Assembly (NCBI RefSeq): GCF_009914755.1
Contig: NC_060942.1
Strand: one strand, 5' to 3'
Origin: the human T2T-CHM13v2.0 reference genome, Homo sapiens
Length of the DNA: 64,000 nucleotides
Positions 56,247 to 64,000 of this stretch are shown here, piece by piece. Made by a program: the position numbers and the translations under genes. Position 1 is the first letter of the stretch. Each line of letters starts with the position of its first letter. Under the pieces are notes generated by a model. It had not been told where the DNA came from, did no database searches, and worked only from the letters and a program-made list of their open reading frames with translations.

Positions 56247-56909
56247 TCTAGACTACACTTCTGTCGCTTGTAGACTATCTGATGGAGTCTATTTCATTTT
56301 GAAGTCTTGAAACCCAACTAGACCAGCTCCTCCATAAGAACAGGGTTTATTGCTATGTATGCCCCATGACACTAAATGTGGGCATATACAGAGTGATAGT
56401 TCCTTATAACTCATCAACTGATTTCCCCTTCTCCTTCTCTCTTAGTAGGAAAAAATATCCTTTCCTCCACTATCTTCACACATTTATATTATTCGGCTCC
56501 AGGCTCTCTCTCTAGCATAGTTGCTGCATTGGGTGATGTTAGATTAGCTGACTTCCAAGCTTCTTTCTTCTCCCAAAAGTCTATGATTTTATCCATCCCA
56601 ACACTAGCTGCAGTTATTGCCCCAGATACCTTCTCAGCTTCCTCTTTTTCTTCATAGCAAATAGTTCCTACAGCCCTCCCTCATTTCCTCTTTTAAAAAC
56701 TCATTAATCACCTACATGCTCCCTCTGGAGCCAACTTCAGGCTACTCTCAGATTTAGAGGCTTAAGTGGAACACCAGAGTCTAATAGGGGACAACTGGGG
56801 GCACTATATCAGATGCTCCTGTTTCTACATGCCCACAGAACTCAGTCTTGTGTTTATATATGGCCCTGAGAAAAATGGCCCACGGTCAAAGTATTAAGTG
56901 TCTGAGGAA

Positions 56910-57090
56910 GAGTATAGTGTAGTGGTTAAGTGCACAGGCCTTGGGATCAGACAGCCTGTGATCACATACCAGCTCAGCACAGGGCAAGTATGTAAATCCT
57001 CTATGCTTCGGTTCTCCTAATAGGTAGGTGAAAGAGCCAACCCAAGTGAAGGACTTAAAAGACAGTGCCCCTAGATAGTCAGTGCTCAAC
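56910..57090 (+). mobile_element. MIR SINE
   Basis: 'agtatagtgtagtggttaagtgcacaggc...tcagacagcctg' tRNA-derived head. Confidence 0.75.
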
Positions 57091-58208
57091 TATTAAAGTT
57101 GGTTGTTTTTGAATTGTGAAGACAGGATTCATTGCATGGCTCAACCCAAGAAATACTGTTGCTAAAAAGGAGTGAACACATTGTGGATTGTGCCTAACTT
57201 AGAGCAAAACTATCTCTATTTCACATTAGCCATCTGATCATGACAACCTCAAGACCTTCTCATTTTAGTCCTCTTAAGATCCTGTTGCTTTCTTCCCTCT
57301 CCTCACCTTCCTACCCAGCACCCACTGCTGACCTTCACCTGGCTATTTATAAGAACCTGTCAAAGTACAGGTTATTGCAGAGAGGCCCACAAAAAGATAT
57401 GCTGAGTGACAGCCTTGTCTCCATGCTGTCCAAAGTCACCCTTGTGCAGTTTGCAAATAAACAACTCTCCTGGAAGAAAGAACAAATAATTCATAATTGG
57501 CAATCTGCATAATGAGTGGTGCATCTATGCAAATATAACATTTGGAATAATCTATTAATATCTCAACTGTGATGTCTGTGGGCCACCACTTCCCATGCTA
57601 AAGAGCCAGAGCCAAATATTTTCTGACTCCTCTTGAGGTGAGAAGAGAGAATGACAAGCTGCTGTCTTCCTGGGGTTCCAGTTAAATATCTGGAGACCAC
57701 CAGAGTTGGAAGGGACCTCAGAAACTGTTCAATCCCTACTCCCACCCCCACCTCTCAGATAAAAGATAAGGAGTCAGAAATCCAGAGAGGCATAGAGGTT
57801 CCCAAGTTTACTGTGCTATTAGAGGCAAAACTAAGATCACAAGCCAGTTACAGACTCCCAGCCTCAGCTGCTGAAAACTTCAGTCATCCGTGTGGGATTA
57901 TTTTACTTTGTACAAAAATCAGTTACTTTGTACTTTGTACTCCCTCCTCTACCTCCCATCCTTCAGAGCTGAACTCCTTTTGCTCATCTGGACTTCTAAC
58001 CTAGGGAACCAAATTCTAGGACTGCAAAGCAGAAGGATTAGGGAACTCAAACAAAAAGCATCTGATCCCAAACAAGGTGGCCATTTGTGAGTTAAGCTAA
58101 GACACAACCCCTGGGTTGAGCTGAGCCCCTTTGCTCTGGAAGTAGAGAGACTCTTGAACGCACATGCATACTTGAATAAATAAAGCCTCAGATTTATAAA
58201 GGTAATAC

Positions 58209-58909
58209 TAAAACCGCCCTTGCAAAATTATGACTGAGAGACAATGAAAGAGATCTAACCTAACCAACTCCATCTTGCTTCTAACCTTTAAGCTGTCCTT
58301 GTTGCTTCCTGGCTGTAGACTGAACTAACTTTGGGAGGAACTTAGTTCATAGTTTATAGTTTAAAACAAAGACAATAACAGTCCTTTCCCAAAATAAACC
58401 TCCTTCTTGCCTGGGGACTAGACTGCCTTTGTAGGACTTACAAGTTAGCCACAAGATTAAAAATTATGGTTTAGGAATCATGCAGCTGGAGGCTAAAAGA
58501 TTCTGACCCTCCCTAAACTGCTCCTAAGATCAGTGCTTGAGATACTTTGCAGACCCTGCATGGGATGGATCAGCTGGCACCACCCAGATCGATAAACTGG
58601 CTCATCTGGTCTTGTGGCCTCCACCCAGGAACTGACTCAGCACAAGAGGACAGCTTCAACTTCCCATGAGTTCATCTCCTACCCAACCAATCAGCACTCT
58701 CAACTCACTGGCTTCCCCTCACCCACCAAGTTGTCCTTAAAAACTCTGATTCCAGAATACTCGGGGAGACTGATTTGAGTAATAATAAAACTCTGGTCTC
58801 CTGCACGGCCGGCTCTGCATGAATTATTCTTTCTCTATTGCAATTCCCCTGTTTTAATAAATCAGCTCTGTCTAAGCAGCCGGCAAGGTGAACCCATTGG
58901 ACAGTTACA
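58209..58909 (+). mobile_element. LTR8 (ERV1) solo LTR
   Basis: 'aaaccgcccttgcaaaattatgactgaga...gagatctaacctaacc' start; 'caaggtgaacccattggacagttaca' end. Confidence 0.9.
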
Positions 58910-60079
58910 ATGTTACAGTACTTCTACTACTGAACCACCAGCATTGAGGAATTGCAGGACAGGCTCTGTGAGCAATCCATGACTACATTCCCCCATCACT
59001 TTCCTTTTCATCCTTATCTCTCCAGCCAATCCTAGGTAGCCTCACCACTTTCATCATGCTCCTTCTCCCCTTCCCTAGAGGGAACAGGGGCTCCCTGTGT
59101 CACCCCAAATATCTAACAAGCAACAGTGCATGCCCACATACCCACTGGCCAGGACAAGCTGGGAAACTCTGGATGGGTACAGAGCAATCAGTTATTCAAT
59201 CAGGCAGTTAACCATTGCCCAATTTGGAAGAGTAGCCATGTGGATCTGGGAGGTTGGGCCACACCCCGACATGGACATTAACTAGCCAACCTTAGTCCTT
59301 ACTTTTTCTTTAAGGTACAGGGCACATAGTTTCTTCTCCTTGAGGCTTTTCTGGAGTTAACCTCACTTCTAAAATTCAATTAATAGCATCTCTTCCTGCT
59401 CTAGTTTGTGCACGCCGCCACTTTACTTTGCACAATTTGTATTTTGCTGAGCTCTTTGTATCTCTCTTGCAGGCTAAATTGTGAAGGTCCTGAGCACCTT
59501 GCACAGTGTCTGCCACAAATAAATGCTCAGAAAGTGTTTGAGAAATGACAGAACCAGTATATTAAGTCATAAGCCTCTCCAGACTCCAATTTCCACATCA
59601 GGGGAATGAGGGAAATGATGGACTTAGTCAACTTAATTCTATGACTAAGATACTATTAAATATCTGCTTGTGCTCAGATTCTGCTAAGGGTTACTGAGAA
59701 TTAAGGGAAGTACAAAAACTGCTCCTAGTCCCCAGGAATTTAGCTGGAAAGACAAACACACTCAGGAAAGAAAATCATTTCAGGCTACTCTGGGTGGTTC
59801 TAACTGTTGATGCGACAACGGATCAGAGAAAAGAGAGATCACTGCCAGATATGACATTTAGAGATGGTTCTCGATGGCTTTGAGATGAGTACAGGGTGGG
59901 GACATCCCTAAAAGAGATGACTCTGTGAGCCAAGGCATGCTTTGAAGCTAGGCTTGTAAGCCAACTATCTGGGCATGGGAAATGGCAACCTCTGGAGCTG
60001 CAGATCTTGATTTCTGATGGTTGATTCAATGGATACTTTATAACGACAGAGACCTTACTAGATTTTTGGTTCTTTTCTC

Positions 60080-61440
60080 TTGCTCATACTTTTCACCTCT
60101 TACTTTCTACCCATTTCTTCCTAAAAATAGGTCCTTTTCTCTCCTGTCTTAATAAAACACATTGTTAACCTTGCTGTCCTCTCAAAATGTTCCTTTACTT
60201 CCTATCCCCTTTAAAGTGTGGTTTACATCACTGCCCCCATGCCTGAACAACCCATTGCCATCTGACTGCCTCTTCCACTATGCCCTGATGCTACTTTCTA
60301 AAGGTGATGAAAACATCTGCAGTTGCCAAAATCAGAAGCCATTTCTCATTCCTGGTCCTGTGTGACCTCTACTGCTGTTTAGTCTATATTAACCCTCAGC
60401 TTACATCTCTTGAAGTGTCTCTTCTGGTTTCTGTGGTCTGCTCAGGGGTGATTTTTTTTTTTTTACTACCTTCTTCTTTTCTTTTCCCCTAAACACAGAT
60501 ATTCTCCCCAAATCTCCTGAGGATCCCCACACTCAATCCCTTGATGGTTAAATCTTTTTGTATAACATTGGCATCTACTCCAATGACTTTTAAATCCCCA
60601 GTACTAATCCCAACTCATCTGAAACTTTAGACACTGGCTTCCAACTGCCAAATAAACTCTCAGCCTGGAGTCCTACCAGCACCTCAGAACCAAAGTCTAA
60701 AACCTAGTCCTTCCCATTTGACCTCTACCTCTTTCTCCTCCCCATTTCACTCATTTCCCCCTCTCCTTTTCTAATCACACTTATTTCAAAGATTAAGCAT
60801 CACAGGTCCTTGCTTCTCAACATCTCAGATTCATCCCCTTCTTTCCATTTCACTTGGCCACTTTGGTTTGGCTGTTCTCTACCTCTAAGACACCTGCATT
60901 TTCACTCCCACTTCCAATCCATCCCAAACTTCCAGATGCACTTTTTCTGTCCTATAACTCTAATTGTTCCTCTTCTCTGGGTGACAGCCTTCCATGATTC
61001 TCTATTACCTACTAAACTTAAAATGAACCCTTGGTCTGGTCATCCAATCCTCTGTCTTCTACAGTCCCATCTTCCTGCTTTACTTGCTACAGCTACCTAC
61101 CAGCCACCCAATTACAGGGATCTCTCCAAGGAAATCTCACAAATTCCCATTTCTGTGGCTTGTTTATCTATCTTCCTTGAAAATCCTACCCCCAACAATC
61201 ACCATAAAAAAATGCACACATCTTTCAAAATTCCTGTGAAATCGCATTTCCTTCTCGAACCCAGAAACCAGTGTAATCTCTATCTCCTTGTTTCTCCCCT
61301 AAGGCACTTAGATACTTTACTTTGAATTTATAGTTATTTATCTATGGGCTCCAAACTACAGTAAGCTCCTAAGGCTTGGGACTGGGTCTTATTTATTTCT
61401 GAATTCTCTGGAGTATTTAGCATAGTGTAAAGGCTCCTAT
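60080..61440 (+). mobile_element. Degenerate L2 LINE
   Basis: Pyrimidine-rich L2-like tract ending 'agtaagctcctaagg...gggactgggtcttatttatttctg'. Confidence 0.55.
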
Positions 61441-61444
61441 TAAG

Positions 61445-61482
61445 AATTGAATTGAGTTGAATTGAACTGAACTGAATTGAAT
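61445..61482. repeat. (AATTG/AACTG)n pentanucleotide repeat
   Basis: Directly visible. Confidence 0.85.
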
Positions 61483-61951
61483 TACTGGTAAAGATGTCTG
61501 AAGACAGCTCCTTTTATTGAGGTCTCCAGAGTAAAATCTTAGGAGAACTACTTCTTGAGAAGAATCTATGAGCTGTTATAGCACAGTTAACATTTAGAAT
61601 TGAGCTTGGATGGCCATCCCCTATCTCTATTGAAAACTGACTTCAAAAATGTCTGGAAGTAGTTTTTTCTTTACAACTGTGAGATGACATGATAGAGGCA
61701 AGTGATTCAGCAGAAAGCATTTGGGGTTGGACATCAGTTGTCCTGAATTCTAATTTATTCTTTCATATGTAATCATGTTAATGGGCCACATTTTGCTAAC
61801 ACTCCATAAGACTTAAAAAATTAGTTTGTATTACCGTTCCTGCTGTCATGTTTAAGGTTTTGGTGGAACTCTATGAGAGGAGGGGACATGTCTGTTTTAT
61901 TTACCAGGGTATTCACAGGTCCTGGAACACATAAATGCTCAATGCATTTTG

Positions 61952-62112
61952 TTTCTGATCATTGCTGTTGTTGTTGTTGTTGTTGTTTTGTTTTTTAGGA
62001 CTGGGTTTTGCCATGTTGGCCAGGTGGGTCTAGAATCCCTGACCTTAGGTGATCTGCCCGTCTCAGCCTCCCGAAGTGCTGGGATTACAGGCGTGAGCCA
62101 CCGCTCCTGGTC
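61952..62112 (-). mobile_element. Alu left monomer only, with (GTT)n tail and a 15-bp TSD
   Basis: TSD GCTCAATGCATTTTG at 61937-61951 and 62113-62127; S-type 'ctgaccttaggtgatctgcccg'. Confidence 0.9.
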
Positions 62113-63469
62113 GCTCAATGCATTTTGATCAAATCAGCCTTATGGTGAAAAGATACCTGACGAAAGAGCTAATTAAATTAAAATCCAAGGTAGTAAATGA
62201 TCAAATAAAAAACACAACATAGAAAAGTGACTGAATCTTGTTAATCCTCGAATTCTCTGCCCCACTTTTACTTTTACCCAAACCCGAACAGTGCCTGGGG
62301 TGACCTAACAGGACACATTAGAGATGGAACAACTGCAAGTGTCACGGAATACAATCCATCTGGCACACTATCTGCTCTCAAGTGTCCCTCACAAAACATC
62401 CTCCAGGTTATACTTAAATTCCCTCAGGAATAATAAGCTTACTGCCATCTACATTGTTGGACAGCTTTCTATGTTAAAAAGGCAATTCCTATATTGGGCC
62501 AAAAGCTGGCTTCTTATAAATTCCGCCCACTGGTCCTAATTCTGCCTCCAATGTAACATAGTGAAAGTCTATTTTCTCTTCTGTGTGTGGCCTTTCCCAT
62601 GTCTGAAGACAGCTATCAGATCTGCACCACATGGAACTATTCTGCAAGCTACCTCTCCCCACCCCCATTCCCTTAACCATTCCTCCTTCGACCTGGTTTC
62701 AGAACCACCCTTCCGAGTCATTACTCTTATCTGAATGCACTCCACATACCCATGATCCTCTAAAAGGTTCCCAAATCTGGGTGAAATACCTTTAAAATGC
62801 TCAGTCTGGATAGTCACTTTCTACAGTGTGAATGAACACCATCCACCTTTTAATGAAGCCTAAGAGTACATCAACTTTTATCAAAGCTGAATCACTGTTA
62901 ACTCACACCAAGTGTGGGATTATTTTAAGCTTTCATAACCATTTTAGATAAAATCCTCCCCACTGAGTCTCCCGTCCTCTAATTTTGTTGTTATCCCAGA
63001 ACTTGGCCATGACCAAAAAGAATGTCATGCATGTACTTCATTTCATACATGGACCTGTAGAGGTATGGTTGATAAGGAAAGGAATTCTTCCCTGAGTAGC
63101 TAAGGAACACTATGTAAATCACTTTCCATCCCACCTGCCAAATGGCACAGTAATGCCCACCCCACCTTCCTCGCCAGAGTAATGTAAGGCTCCACTGGAA
63201 TCATATGATTTGAAAAGGATTTGAAGAGTCAAAATAGTGACTCAAATGGAAATTTTTCAGATGACTCATTCTTCTTATACCCTAGTACCTTTTAACTATC
63301 TTTTGATGGCACCACAACACTTTCTGGGCCTCTGTCTTATGATAGTAGTGAGAGTGAGCCTTGTTTCTTTCAGTGGTTTGGTGTCCTGGAAAGAACCAGG
63401 GGCTAAATATCATAAGACCAACCATTACTAATTGTGTGACCATGAAAACACAGTTAACCTTATGGAAAT

Positions 63470-64000
63470 TGTCAATGCCCACTAGCCAAAGACCATCAGG
63501 AAAATATCTGTAGTCGACCCAGGTGGGTTTATTACTCTTTGTAGCAATAGAGAGCACACACCATGAGAAATTATGGGCATCTGAGTAAGAGAATGTTAGA
63601 AAGAACCTATTATAGCATTTGGGCCCTGGATGGGTGATATGGGGAAGGGTCTAAGGAAATAAAGGTTTACTTAAGATTGAATGCTATCAGAAAGTAGAGA
63701 CAAGTCTATGATTGGCAATCTCAATAAATTATTTCTATAGTGAGAATGAGAATCTGCAACTAGTAAAAAAAGTGGAATGCATTCATTCTACCCAAGAGAG
63801 GGTATGTTTGATGTTTCAGGGTGACACAGGGGCCTTGTTTTTGTCAGTGTTTAGACAAAATTATGAAGTTGGCTGTGCTTTGTCTCATTTTGTCTTGGTC
63901 TCAGAGTAACCTAGTTGGGGGTTTGTATACTTTGAGATTGTTTATGTCCAATAGGAGAGTAACATGGCCTAGCTGCGAGTGCCAGACCAGCTTTTGGATA
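63470..64000 (-). mobile_element. ERVL-type LTR (MER76-like), running off the window end
   Basis: 'gaccatcagga...ctgtagtc...gggtttatt...gcacacaccatg...agtaagagaatgttagaaag' recalled as MER76-like; subfamily uncertain. Confidence 0.55.

Noticed and set aside
60810-61325. 171-aa ORF rich in L/P/H/F/S
   Set aside because: Expected from the pyrimidine-rich degenerate L2 sequence; TTG start.

Overview
Primate (human-like) non-coding DNA, intronic or intergenic. I recognise no protein-coding exon, RNA gene or CpG island, and the ORF-track entries look like Alu-derived or chance frames. The window is dense in interspersed repeats: 14 Alus, solo LTRs (MER4-group, MER21, MER57, THE1, LTR8, MER76-like), DNA transposon relics (MADE2, MER2, MER5, MER33, MER81, MER82, Arthur1-like) and L1M/L2/MIR fragments. 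Repeat family names come from my recall of consensus sequences, not from a RepeatMasker run. The most unusual structure is a ~490-bp composite duplication of unique sequence at 27846-28332: an inverted copy of 33593-33953 fused through a TGAC microhomology to a direct copy of 32220-32348. It looks like a template-switch (FoSTeS/MMBIR-type) insertion. It duplicates a motif-rich candidate enhancer and creates a ~360-bp inverted repeat bracketing ~5.4 kb. Several smaller template-switch-like scars and motif-dense unique islands are also reported. I cannot support a novel multi-gene system from this sequence.
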